This document shows positions 24,905 to 34,544 of a stretch of DNA of 35,101 nucleotides, one piece after another (within the stretch, counting starts at the first letter, position 1; each line of letters starts with the position of its first letter). The notes under the pieces are model-generated. The model ran no database searches, was not told where the DNA came from, and saw only the letters and a program-made list of their open reading frames with translations. Where the stretch lies: assembly GCA_964464255.1 (NCBI GenBank), contig CAYXFO010000003.1, positions 1-35,101 on the forward strand, written 5' to 3'. The stretch is from an uncultured Pirellula sp. (GTDB lineage Bacteria > Planctomycetota > Planctomycetia > Pirellulales > Pirellulaceae). A program made the translations under genes and the position numbers.

Positions 24905-26899
24905 ATGAACGATGCATCGAATGCAACCGAAAACCGACTGACTGAGCCACTCTGGTCGCCGACCCCGGACCGCGTGGGCGACTCGGAGCTGTCTCGATTT
25001 GCTCAACGATTTTTACCAGCGGCTGATCCTGCGACACTTGAAGGATATCGCGCCCTGCACGAATGGAGCGTCCGCGATCGGGGTGCGTTTTGGTTAGCTC
25101 TGTGGCGATTCTGCGATGTGTTGGGAGACCCCGGTCCGGTCCCGTTGGTGGATTCCGGAGAGATGCTTCGCGACCGATGGTTTCCCGAGGCGCGACTCAA
25201 CTACGCGCAGAACCTGCTCCGTAGAAACGACAGAAGCACTGACGAGGAGATCGTTCTGGTGGCCTGCGATGAACGAGGTCGACGGATCGAGCTTCGAAGA
25301 TCCGAATTGACGCAGCAGGTCGTTCGCGCAGCGAGATTCCTGAAATCAAAAGGTATTGTTGCAGGGGACCGCATCGCCGCCATTGTCCCCAATAGCCCCA
25401 GCGCGATTGTCGGTTACTTGGCCAGCGCTGCGATCGGTGCTATCTGGTCCTCATGTTCACCCGATTTCGGTCCCGATGCCATCCGCGATCGATTCTCTCA
25501 GATTCAACCCAAGGTGTTGATCACTTCGAGTGAAACTCTTTACAACGGCAAGGTCATTCGTCCGATCGATCGCGCCGTGGAAGTACTGCCACAGTTACCG
25601 AGCGTTGAGTCTCTGCTGATCGATGGCAACGCGAAGGATTTTTCAGAATCGATCGCGGCTTCGGTCTCGTGCTACGCATGGGACGATGTGTTGGCCCGCT
25701 CGAGTGCAGAACCGTGGACGTGGGAAATGTTTCCCTTCGATCATCCGCTATGCATCGTCTACTCGTCGGGCACCACCGGAGCACCCAAGTGCATTGTTCA
25801 TCGCACAGGAGGCGTGCTGCTGCAGCATTTGAAAGAGCATCGCCTTCACTGCGATATCCGACCCGGGGATAAGATACTTTATTATACGACCACCGGTTGG
25901 ATGATGTGGAACTGGCTGATCGGCTCGCTCGCAGCAGGAGCATGTATCGTCGCCTACGATGGTTCACCGGTTGCTCCCGATAACGAAGCATTGTGGAACA
26001 TCGCAGCGCGGGAACAGTTGACTCACTTCGGTGCGAGCGCTCGCTATTACGCGATGCTTGATAAAGCTGGTTACGAACCCGGCAAGAGAGTATCGCTGGA
26101 AAAGTTGAAGTGCGTCATGTCGACCGGTTCTCCACTGCTTCCCGAGACCTTTGATTGGATCTACCGGAGTGTCAAACACGATGTGCATCTCTCATCCATC
26201 TCGGGGGGCACCGATATTCTTTCCTGTTTTGTTCTCGGCAACCCGTGCGCTCCGGTCTATCGAGGCGAAATTCAATGCGCGGGGCTGGGGATGGATGTGC
26301 GTGTTCTCGACGAACATGGGGAATCGATTCGGGGCCGCGCGGGTGAACTGGCTTGTTGCCAAGCGTTCCCTTCGATGCCGATCGGATTTTGGAACGATCC
26401 CGACCAGAGGAAGTATCGAGCCTCCTATTTCGATCGATTGCCGGGCCTGTGGTGTCACGGTGATTGGGCAGAGCACACGGAACACGATGGGTTCGTCATC
26501 TACGGTCGATCCGACGCAACGCTCAATCCTGGAGGTGTTCGAATCGGGACAGCGGAAATCTATCAGCAAGTCGAGACCTTTCCCGACATCGCCGAGGCGC
26601 TCGCCACATGCCTCAAGCAGGATGGGGATGAGAAGATCGTTTTGTTCGTGCGTATGGTGCCAGGAAAGTCTTTGACCGAAGCATTGCAGGCCGAGCTTCG
26701 CACAGCGCTGCGGCAGCGATGCTCACCACGGCATGTTCCGGCGATCATCCAAGAGGCTCCGGACCTGCCGCGAACCATCAGCGGCAAACTGTCAGAGATC
26801 GCGGTTCGCAATGCGATCTGCGGAATGGAGTTGGGAAACTCGGGAGCGCTTGCCAATCCCGAGTCCCTTTCTTTTTTCCGCGCTTGGCGAGCAGAGTGA
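24905..26899 (+). CDS. Acetoacetate--CoA ligase
   Basis: WFPEARLNYAQNLL, IWSSCSPDFG, YSSGTTGAPK, TTTGWMMWNW, SISGGTD, GRSDATLNPGGVRIGTAEIY and PRTISGK. Start at ATG 24905 (or 24839). Confidence 0.92.
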   Translation: MNDASNATENRLTEPLWSPTPDRVGDSELSRFAQRFLPAADPATLEGYRALHEWSVRDRGAFWLALWRFCDVLGDPGPVPLVDSGEMLRDRWFPEARLNYAQNLLRRNDRSTDEEIVLVACDERGRRIELRRSELTQQVVRAARFLKSKGIVAGDRIAAIVPNSPSAIVGYLASAAIGAIWSSCSPDFGPDAIRDRFSQIQPKVLITSSETLYNGKVIRPIDRAVEVLPQLPSVESLLIDGNAKDFSESIAASVSCYAWDDVLARSSAEPWTWEMFPFDHPLCIVYSSGTTGAPKCIVHRTGGVLLQHLKEHRLHCDIRPGDKILYYTTTGWMMWNWLIGSLAAGACIVAYDGSPVAPDNEALWNIAAREQLTHFGASARYYAMLDKAGYEPGKRVSLEKLKCVMSTGSPLLPETFDWIYRSVKHDVHLSSISGGTDILSCFVLGNPCAPVYRGEIQCAGLGMDVRVLDEHGESIRGRAGELACCQAFPSMPIGFWNDPDQRKYRASYFDRLPGLWCHGDWAEHTEHDGFVIYGRSDATLNPGGVRIGTAEIYQQVETFPDIAEALATCLKQDGDEKIVLFVRMVPGKSLTEALQAELRTALRQRCSPRHVPAIIQEAPDLPRTISGKLSEIAVRNAICGMELGNSGALANPESLSFFRAWRAE

Positions 26900-26980
26900 C
26901 TGCAGGCAGTCGCGAGCGACTTAAATCTATCCCTCACTTACGTTTCGGGTTGAGATAGAAGCGAAAAGCGCAACTTCAAA

Positions 26981-27844
26981 TCAGCCGGCGAAGAAGCTTT
27001 GCTCGCTTCGTAGTTCCGCGTAGAAATCGCGAATGCTGCTGTACAGCCAAGCTGCGTTGCCAGGCGCGGTGCGGGCAGACTCGATCAAAATTCCGCCGAA
27101 GGATTCGACTGGCGCAGCAGCATTAGTTGCCGGTGCTCGATCTTGGACCCATGCGTCGATGGCTACCGCGTCGATGCCATCGCGCAACCATTCCGCGATT
27201 TGCCTAGGCGAGCCGTGGGCTGCGACTCGGATTCCGAAACTGCGGCCATGAGATTGATCTCGAACAGTTCTTGCGATCTGGATCGTCTCGTTGCACGGGG
27301 CGATAGAAATTCTTTGGCCCGGGCCTGGCTCATAGCATCCGTCGATGATCAAGCAGACATAATCGAAACCGCAATCGATGAAGAAGCGAACATCCTGTGC
27401 AACGTTGGCCGCGGCTACCGCTGCACCAATCAAGGCATCGGGTCGAGCGTTGGTGCGGCGAGCCAGTTCGACTCGATCTGCAGTACGCTTGGCGTGATCG
27501 AGGTCGGGCGGGAGCGTCGGTTTCCAATCCCCTCGCCACATCCCGTGCCGTTTTCGCTGTGAGATGGACGGCAGGAACTGAAACTCAATGCATTTCGCAT
27601 CCCGCATACGCTTCGGCTGCAAAGGCTCATCGACATATACAGGTACAATCTCGTTCAGAGCACCTCCAGTGTTCGATCCATAGAGCCCGAATCCGAAATC
27701 TCTTTGAGCCTGAGAGAGGGACTGGAGAATCTGATCGTTGACGGTTGCGTCGACCATGAATCTGCTGAAGAGCTTCGCGTTCATTGCCTCAGGAAACGCG
27801 TTCTCCATACGCTGGGCTATCGGCCGAGGCTCTTGAGTCATCAT
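26981..27844 (-). CDS. Hypothetical protein, probable degenerate glutamate-synthase FMN-domain (GlxD/MgsC-like) barrel
   Basis: Beta/alpha segments GFDYVCLIIDG and LRDGIDAVAID resemble the GltS FMN-barrel strands. ATGA-coupled to the upstream GXGXG gene. Confidence 0.5.
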   Translation of the reverse strand: MMTQEPRPIAQRMENAFPEAMNAKLFSRFMVDATVNDQILQSLSQAQRDFGFGLYGSNTGGALNEIVPVYVDEPLQPKRMRDAKCIEFQFLPSISQRKRHGMWRGDWKPTLPPDLDHAKRTADRVELARRTNARPDALIGAAVAAANVAQDVRFFIDCGFDYVCLIIDGCYEPGPGQRISIAPCNETIQIARTVRDQSHGRSFGIRVAAHGSPRQIAEWLRDGIDAVAIDAWVQDRAPATNAAAPVESFGGILIESARTAPGNAAWLYSSIRDFYAELRSEQSFFAG

Positions 27845-28545
27845 GTCGACTCCGTTCGAGGACGAAACACGCGGAATTCTTTCCCCACGGCTGTCTTGAT
27901 GCCTGCCTTCAGCAGAAGCAGACCGAGCTTGAGTCGATCGGGTTCTCGAAGTCGATGTTCTTCGATGTCTTTGCTTATGTTGGGTGCGTCGCCGCGCAAG
28001 AAAATCACGCCACCTCGCATTCCCGTTCCGAGACCCTCTCCAGCAAAACCGCCGATGATCAACGTTCCCTGTCTCATATCAAGGCCCGCAAGCGTTCCCG
28101 CGTTGCCCCGGATGAGAACATCGGCACCTCGGAGCGAGACCGCGGCCCGATCGCCTGCTGTTCCGTAGACCGCCACCAAGCCGCTACGGGCCATGGCACC
28201 GACGCCAGCGGCTACCGAGCCTTGGCAAATCAGCAGCCCCGACGCGAGGGAGTGCCCGAAGTAATCACCTGCATTTCCCTCGAGTGTGCATTCGCAGTTA
28301 TCCATGCCGCAGAACGCAAACTTTCCTACGTTGCCTGAGACCAAGATCGAGGTCAGATCATTCAAACCGGCCCCAAAATAATCTTGGCCCGATGCGCCCG
28401 TGAAGTGAATGGACGCGGGAAGAGAGTCACCGGAACTCGAATCGTTGGGAAGCGAACGAACGAACTGGCTGATGACGCTGTCGAGTCGAGCGACATTGTG
28501 ATTTGCGATTTGGATTTCGAGCGTTTCGTTCACAGCATGGGCCAT
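27841..28545 (-). CDS. GXGXG beta-helix protein (glutamate synthase C-terminal / FwdC / GlxC-like)
   Basis: Repeats GQDYFGAG, GNVGKFAFCGM, GNAGDYFG, GTAGDRAA, GNAGTLAG and GEGLGTGMRGGVIFLRG. Start at ATG 28545 or TTG 28560. Confidence 0.85.
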   Translation of the reverse strand: MAHAVNETLEIQIANHNVARLDSVISQFVRSLPNDSSSGDSLPASIHFTGASGQDYFGAGLNDLTSILVSGNVGKFAFCGMDNCECTLEGNAGDYFGHSLASGLLICQGSVAAGVGAMARSGLVAVYGTAGDRAAVSLRGADVLIRGNAGTLAGLDMRQGTLIIGGFAGEGLGTGMRGGVIFLRGDAPNISKDIEEHRLREPDRLKLGLLLLKAGIKTAVGKEFRVFRPRTEST

Positions 28546-28584
28546 GCAGAGGGCACGCAAAGGGCCTACAAAAAAATCATAGGG

Positions 28585-31323
28585 TTACATCCCCGATTTC
28601 TTTGAAGAGGATTTCTTGGTCGCTTTCTTTGCCGATGAACTTTTGGTAGTCGTCTTCTTAGCAGCTTTCTTCGCTGCTTTGGGAGCACTCTTCTTGCTGC
28701 CTCGGGCACCCTTCTTCTTGGAGGGTCCCGCTGCAGCGCGGGCTTCGAGAAGCGAAATTGCTTGTTCAAACGACAATTCTTCGGCAGTCATGTCCTTGGG
28801 AAGGGAGGCGTTGGTTTCCCCATCGGTCACATACAACCCATATCGTCCATCCCGAAGCTCGATCGGCTTGCCGGTGACGGGCGATGGATCCAGTGATTTC
28901 AAAGGGGGTGCGGCAACGCCTCGACCCTTTCCTCGCACTGCTTTGGGCTGGGCAAGGATCGCGAGGGCTTCTTCCAACGTGATCTCGAGCAAATCCTGCC
29001 CTGGTCCCAAAGAGCGGGAATCATTACCGTGTTTGATGAAGGGACCAAAGCGGCCTTGAGTCGCAATCACTGGCTCGCCATCGTCTGGATGGTTGCCGAG
29101 ATTCCGCGGCAGACTGAGCAGTTTGACTGCGAGTTCAAGTGTGATGCTATCCGCTGAGACTCCCTTGGGTAGCGATGCATTCTTCTTCTCCTCATCGTCC
29201 GCTGTTCCCATCTGCACATACGGGCCGAAGCGACCTTGTTTGACAAAGATCGGTTTGTTGAGTTCGGGGTGGAAGCCCAAGGGTTGTTCGCCCCGTTCCT
29301 GTTTCTCGAGAAGCTCAAGCGCGACAGATAAGGTCAATTCATCCGGAGGCATGTCATCGGGGATACTGGCACGCTTATCACCTCGTTCGATATAGGGACC
29401 GTAGCGACCGATACGGACTACGACCGGTGGCGAATCAGGGGAGATCTCGTCTGTCGATGACTCCTGCAGCGGATAGGAGCATGCGATCCGAGGGTCGATT
29501 TCAGCGACCTTCTGTTCCAAAAGGGGTTTGAGTCCGATGCCACCGGGCGCGGCACTACTATCCTTGGCGGCTTCGCCGAAATAAAACTCTTGCAGGTAAT
29601 CCAGGTTTTCACGCTCGTTGCGGCTGATTTGATCTAGGTAATCTTCCATCTCCGCCGTGAATTGATAGTCGACGAGGGATGAGAAGTGATCCTCCATGAG
29701 TCGAATGACCGCGAATGCCGTCCAACTTGGAACGAGCGCATTTCCTTTCTTGAATACATAATCGCGACGCAGGATGGTATCGATGATCGCAGCATAAGTG
29801 CTCGGCCTTCCGATACCCCGTTCTTCGAGGGCTTGAGTGAGTGACGCTTCGGTGAACCGCGCGGGCGGTTGCGTCGTGTGCGAAAGGCTCTCAAGTTTCT
29901 TGAGATCGAGACCCTCATTGATTTGGACCGTGGGAAGCAATCGCTCTTTCTCCGCGAGTTCCGCTGCGGGATCGTCGCTCCCTTCCACGTAAGCGCGAAG
30001 GAAGCCTTCGAACTCGATCGAGGTACCGGTCGCTTGAAAGACGGCATCTCCCGCTTCGATCGTCATCACGACCCGTTGCTTGCGGGCATCGGCCATCTGT
30101 GAAGCGATCGTCCGCTTCCAAATCAAATCGAACAATCGGAATTGATCGTAGTTGAGTTCGCGGCGCAGCGTTTCGGGGACTTGGAATGGATGCCCTGCGG
30201 GCCGAATCGCTTCGTGAGCTTCCTGCGCGTTTTTGACTTTGGTCGCGTAGGTCCGTTCGCTGGCGTAGAGAAACTCGGGGCCGTATTGCGAACGCACCAG
30301 TTCCCGCGCTGCGCCCACCGCCTCCTTGCTGAGCGTGGTCGAGTCGGTACGCATGTACGTGATGTATCCATTTTCGTAGAGGCTTTGCGCGACCCGCATC
30401 GCATCGCGGGCCGTCATGCCGAGCTTGCGATTGGCTTCCTGTTGCAGCGTGCTCGTGGTAAAGGGTGCCTTGGGTCGCTCGGTGTAGGGTTTGACCTCGA
30501 TGTTCTTCACAACGAACGGCAATGTTCTCAATCGATCGCGCAAGCCTGCTGCCGCACTCTCATTGAGAAGCAACAGAGTGGGATCCTTGAGTTTTCCGGT
30601 AGCAGGGTCGAAATCCTTGCCCGATGGGACGCGGCGACCACCGACCGAAACCAACATCGCACTGAAGTTTTCGCCAGATCGGGTTTTGAGGTGGGCTTCG
30701 AGATCGAAGTAGGTCGCGCTGTGGAATGCCATCCGATCCCGTTCGCGCTCGACGATCAGTCGGACCGCAACACTTTGGACCCGTCCTGCAGAAAGCCCAG
30801 GTCGAACCTTTTTCCACAGAAGGGGCGAGACGTCGTAACCATATAATCGGTCCAGAATGCGCCGCGTTTCTTGGGCTTTGACGAGCCCTTCGTCGATCTG
30901 GCGAGTCGATTGCAATGCCCCCTGAATCGCTTCCTTGGTGATCTCATGGAACACCATGCGGTGGACCGGCACTTTGGGCTTGAGAACCTCGCGAAGGTGC
31001 CAGGAGATCGCCTCTCCTTCCCGGTCTTCGTCCGTCGCCAGATAGAGATCTTTGGCATCTTTGAGGGCAGATTTCAGAAAACTGACGTGTTTTTTCTTGT
31101 CCGCCGGGATGACATAGAGCGGTTCGAAGCCCGAATCGACGTTCACTCCCAGGTTCGCCCAGGGTTCCGATTTGTACTCGGCCGGTATCTCTTTGGACCC
31201 CCCAGGCAGATCGCGAATGTGCCCGATCGAAGCTTCGACCTGGAAACGACTTCCTAAGTATTTCGAGATCGTTTTCGCTTTTGCAGGCGATTCGACGATG
31301 ACGAGAGATTTCTTTTCGCTCAT
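28585..31323 (-). CDS. topA: DNA topoisomerase I (type IA) with Topo_C repeats and a Lys-rich tail
   Basis: LVIVESPAKAKTI, ATDEDREGE, SAGRVQS, catalytic GYITYMRTDS and GIGRPSTY. Four GR(F/Y)G(P/L)(Y/F) repeats. Start at ATG 31323. Confidence 0.96.
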   Translation of the reverse strand: MSEKKSLVIVESPAKAKTISKYLGSRFQVEASIGHIRDLPGGSKEIPAEYKSEPWANLGVNVDSGFEPLYVIPADKKKHVSFLKSALKDAKDLYLATDEDREGEAISWHLREVLKPKVPVHRMVFHEITKEAIQGALQSTRQIDEGLVKAQETRRILDRLYGYDVSPLLWKKVRPGLSAGRVQSVAVRLIVERERDRMAFHSATYFDLEAHLKTRSGENFSAMLVSVGGRRVPSGKDFDPATGKLKDPTLLLLNESAAAGLRDRLRTLPFVVKNIEVKPYTERPKAPFTTSTLQQEANRKLGMTARDAMRVAQSLYENGYITYMRTDSTTLSKEAVGAARELVRSQYGPEFLYASERTYATKVKNAQEAHEAIRPAGHPFQVPETLRRELNYDQFRLFDLIWKRTIASQMADARKQRVVMTIEAGDAVFQATGTSIEFEGFLRAYVEGSDDPAAELAEKERLLPTVQINEGLDLKKLESLSHTTQPPARFTEASLTQALEERGIGRPSTYAAIIDTILRRDYVFKKGNALVPSWTAFAVIRLMEDHFSSLVDYQFTAEMEDYLDQISRNERENLDYLQEFYFGEAAKDSSAAPGGIGLKPLLEQKVAEIDPRIACSYPLQESSTDEISPDSPPVVVRIGRYGPYIERGDKRASIPDDMPPDELTLSVALELLEKQERGEQPLGFHPELNKPIFVKQGRFGPYVQMGTADDEEKKNASLPKGVSADSITLELAVKLLSLPRNLGNHPDDGEPVIATQGRFGPFIKHGNDSRSLGPGQDLLEITLEEALAILAQPKAVRGKGRGVAAPPLKSLDPSPVTGKPIELRDGRYGLYVTDGETNASLPKDMTAEELSFEQAISLLEARAAAGPSKKKGARGSKKSAPKAAKKAAKKTTTKSSSAKKATKKSSSKKSGM

Positions 31324-31449
31324 TGAGTTTCGCAATCGGTGTAGGTGATACGGAAGCCTCACATAGGCCGGACTTCCCCAAACGAACCGCCTGACGTTGT
31401 GATCGGGAACTTGGCCAGTTGTCAAGTCCCCCTACCTCTGACACTGAGA

Positions 31450-31477
31450 TTGCGTGCGATGGGGGAAAACCTACAAT
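31450..31477 (+). promoter_or_regulatory. Sigma70-like promoter TTGCGT-16-TACAAT for the SurA/PpiD-like operon
   Basis: -35 at 31450-31455 and -10 at 31472-31477. A divergent TTGACA (31425-31420, minus strand) may serve topA, but its -10 is poor. Confidence 0.4.
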
Positions 31478-31523
31478 CTTGGGTTTCCACCTTCCCGAGA
31501 GCGATTCAAGGAACTATCCCGAC

Positions 31524-33758
31524 ATGGCCAGTCCATTTTCCATATTTCGCAAGAACCAGCGGCTTTGGATGGCCGGTGCCGTCTTGATCGCGATTCTCGC
31601 CTTCGTCGTTGCGCCCATGCTCGAGTCCTTCTCGGGATACAGTCGAGGTACGCGGCCAGGCGCCGGGGCAGTGGCCGCTTCCTGGTCCGGCGGGTCGATC
31701 ACTCAAGAACAAGTCGAATCAGAACTAACGCAACTCGCGATCGCCAACACATTCCTACGAAAACTGGCTTTTGATGTCAGGGAAAAAGGTGGATTTCCCC
31801 AAGTCCCAGCCGCCCCTGGCTCCGACTTTGGCAACCTGGGCATCACTCCCGAAACCCGAGATCCCAATGTCATCATACGACGCAAGCTATTCGTGGAAGA
31901 AGCAAAGCGATTAGGGATCCATTTCGATGAACAATCGGTCAAGACTTTTTTGACCCGCTTCGTCGATGGGAAACTCAGCGGGGAGCAAATCCAAAAAAGT
32001 CTCCGCGAAGTCTCTGGCGGACGAATGACTTTGCTCGATTTCAATCGACTCATGAAAGAAGAACTCGCTCAGTATGCGGTTCTGCGGTTGTCCGACTCCG
32101 CGATGCGATTCGAGGGCCGCGATAACACCCAGGGTTTCCCGATGGCGCTCCCGATGGCGATCCTCACTCCGCCGAGCAAGAACTGGCAATACTTTCAACG
32201 CTTCAATCGCGCAGCGACGATCGAGGCCTATCCGGTATTTGTTCGTGACTTCAAAGAAGCGGTCACCGCCGAACCTTCCGACCGCGAATTGCGAGCCCTG
32301 TTCGATGAAGGTAAATCCGTTTCGCAAATCGAAGTCGAGGTCCAAACACAACCCGCCTTCATGATTCCCCCAAAAGCGGACTTCGAGTTCTTGACCGTCA
32401 ACTTCCTCCAGGTCGTGGAAGAAGAAAAAGGAAAGATTCCAGAAGATGTCCTCAGGGCGGAATACGAGCGCTTGTTGAAAGAGAATCAATTCCGTGTACC
32501 CGATACCACCCCCGCGCCGGAAAACCCTACACCTGAGTCGCAGCCACCGATGCCCGCAGGTGGCGAACAACCCTCCGATACCAATCGACCACCCACGTTA
32601 GAGAATCCCTCGCAGGATCCTCCCGCCCCGCCACCAACCTCTTCGTTTCTTCCGAAACAAAATCAAAACGGGGCGAAACTGGTCAGCTTCCAAGACCCAC
32701 CCGCTGGCGAGCCCGTGACGATCGAGCCGACAACTCAGAATCCGGCAACGGAACCAACAGCAACGGAACCAGCAACCGTCGATCCAGCACTCCCCAAAAT
32801 TCGCATTCAAACTTTTGAGGAAGTTAAGGATACGGTCGCTCGCCAACTGGCTGCTGGTGAAGCAGGCAAGCTGATCAATCAACGTATCACAGAAATACGA
32901 GATCGCATGGAGATCTACTCGGTCAGCCTTCGCGCATACGAACGAGCCGTTCAGGAAAAAGACAAGAATGCCGTTGCCCCTGAATCACTCAATCTGCAGC
33001 AAGTTGCCGATCAGTACGGCTTTCAATATGGACGAACCGGCTTGGTAGACGCTCGCTCGGTTTTAGCTTTGCCGATCGGACAATCCCGCATCTCGAGAGC
33101 AGCAAGGATGGACCAGTTGGAGTTCTTTCGTCTGACGACGATTCCACCCGATCCGTATGAGAGTGATTCACCTGGCAACTTGTATACTCCACTGACAAGC
33201 GCATCGTTTACCAACGACCTCTTCCTTTTCTGGAAGGTGCAACATGACGTCGCTTCTACGCCAACGTTCGAAGCTGCCAAGGAAGATGTCAAAAAACTAT
33301 GGGCACTACAGCGTGCGAGTGAGTTGGCGGAAGCCAAAGCTCGGGAAATCGTATCTCGTGTGGGAACATCCTCCGTTGCGGAAACACTCGATGATGAAAA
33401 CCAACGAGCCCTCGTTGTTCGACCCACGCCATTCACTTGGTTCAATGCAATGTTCGCAAATATGGATCGACTGCGATTGAGCAATGTAGAAGGAATGCAA
33501 TCGATCGACAACGCGTTCATGGAGAAAGTTTTCAACGCTCAAGTTGGCGAAACCATCGTGGTACCCGATGCTGCCAAGGAAATTTATTACGTCGTGAAAG
33601 TCAATTCTTTCTTTCCGAACGAAGAAGAGTTGCTCGGACGATTCGCTGCCGCGCCGAATACCACGGCAGTTCGCAGTATCGCCAACGGGGAAGCAAACCA
33701 AATCCCAGGTGCTTGGTTTTCAAATCTCCAAAAGCAACTCGGACTGCGCCAGCCATGA
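31524..33758 (+). CDS. Membrane-anchored SurA_N/PpiD-like periplasmic chaperone candidate with a Pro-rich insert
   Basis: N-terminal FRKNQR..AVLIAILAFVV anchor, EEAKRLGI, EDVLRAEYE, TFEEVKDTV, PTFEAAKEDV..W and VFNAQVGE..YYVVKV, a PpiD-like layout. AAGGA upstream of ATG 31524. Confidence 0.6.
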   Translation: MASPFSIFRKNQRLWMAGAVLIAILAFVVAPMLESFSGYSRGTRPGAGAVAASWSGGSITQEQVESELTQLAIANTFLRKLAFDVREKGGFPQVPAAPGSDFGNLGITPETRDPNVIIRRKLFVEEAKRLGIHFDEQSVKTFLTRFVDGKLSGEQIQKSLREVSGGRMTLLDFNRLMKEELAQYAVLRLSDSAMRFEGRDNTQGFPMALPMAILTPPSKNWQYFQRFNRAATIEAYPVFVRDFKEAVTAEPSDRELRALFDEGKSVSQIEVEVQTQPAFMIPPKADFEFLTVNFLQVVEEEKGKIPEDVLRAEYERLLKENQFRVPDTTPAPENPTPESQPPMPAGGEQPSDTNRPPTLENPSQDPPAPPPTSSFLPKQNQNGAKLVSFQDPPAGEPVTIEPTTQNPATEPTATEPATVDPALPKIRIQTFEEVKDTVARQLAAGEAGKLINQRITEIRDRMEIYSVSLRAYERAVQEKDKNAVAPESLNLQQVADQYGFQYGRTGLVDARSVLALPIGQSRISRAARMDQLEFFRLTTIPPDPYESDSPGNLYTPLTSASFTNDLFLFWKVQHDVASTPTFEAAKEDVKKLWALQRASELAEAKAREIVSRVGTSSVAETLDDENQRALVVRPTPFTWFNAMFANMDRLRLSNVEGMQSIDNAFMEKVFNAQVGETIVVPDAAKEIYYVVKVNSFFPNEEELLGRFAAAPNTTAVRSIANGEANQIPGAWFSNLQKQLGLRQP
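32745..32774 (+). repeat. 15-nt-period coding tandem repeat (ATEPT-ATEPA)
   Basis: GCAACGGAACCA at 32745 and 32760. Confidence 0.7.
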
Positions 33759-34528
33759 TCCGGCTTCAGAAGGTTGCACCCAGCGGCACCATTCTGATCG
33801 ATGCACCCGCGACACATAACGCCCTGTCGCGGGAAATGATCCAGCAGTTGATCGATGCTTTCTCGGACTTCCAGCGAGATAAATCGGTTCGCGCCGTCAT
33901 TTTGTCGGCCACCGGTGCAACCTTTTGTTCGGGCGTTCATCTCAAAGAATGGCAAGCGACCAGCCAAGATCTCGACGCCTTGGAGATGTGGCGAGACATT
34001 GCGGAAGAGATTCAAGAACTGATCGAAGCGATGCTCCGTTGCCCCAAACCGATTATCGCGGCTGTCGACGGCGCTGCAGTTGGCATGGGGCTTGCACTCG
34101 TTCTTGCCAGCGATCTGGTCGTCGCCACGAAGAAATCTTCGTTTGCCGCCCCAGCACCTCGCTTTGGATTGGTGTCCGGAATGGTCGCTCCCCTACTGAC
34201 GTTTCGATGTGGAGGTTCGATCGCGGCGAGAATTCTCTTGGGCAACGAATCGATCGACGGCGACGAGGCGCATCGCCTTCACTTGGTCCATCGATTGGTC
34301 GCTTCGGATTTGGTTTGGGCGAATGCCAACGAATGGGCCAAACACATCGCTGTCGGCGCACAGGAAAGCGTGCAAATCACCAAACGTCTGCTCAATGAAA
34401 TGATCGGCGAAAATCTCCTTATGCATTTAGCCACCGGTGCCGCCGTCATGGCAACCGCCTGCAGCACCGAGGCGGCCGTCGAAGGGCTCAATGCATTCCA
34501 GCAAAAACGGCCCCCGAAGTTTCCATAG
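33755..34528 (+). CDS. Enoyl-CoA hydratase/isomerase (crotonase) family protein
   Basis: HNALS, VRAVILSATG.TFCSG, PKPIIAAVDGAAVG, EAHRLHLV and EGLNAFQQKRPPKF. ATGA overlap at 33755. Confidence 0.88.
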   Translation: MIRLQKVAPSGTILIDAPATHNALSREMIQQLIDAFSDFQRDKSVRAVILSATGATFCSGVHLKEWQATSQDLDALEMWRDIAEEIQELIEAMLRCPKPIIAAVDGAAVGMGLALVLASDLVVATKKSSFAAPAPRFGLVSGMVAPLLTFRCGGSIAARILLGNESIDGDEAHRLHLVHRLVASDLVWANANEWAKHIAVGAQESVQITKRLLNEMIGENLLMHLATGAAVMATACSTEAAVEGLNAFQQKRPPKFP

Positions 34529-34544
34529 AGCGAAACGCACTATC

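Noticed and set aside
33437-33754. N-terminal extension of the crotonase ORF
   Set aside because: It is an out-of-frame overlap with the upstream gene; the ATGA-coupled start at 33755 gives a normal ~257-aa crotonase.
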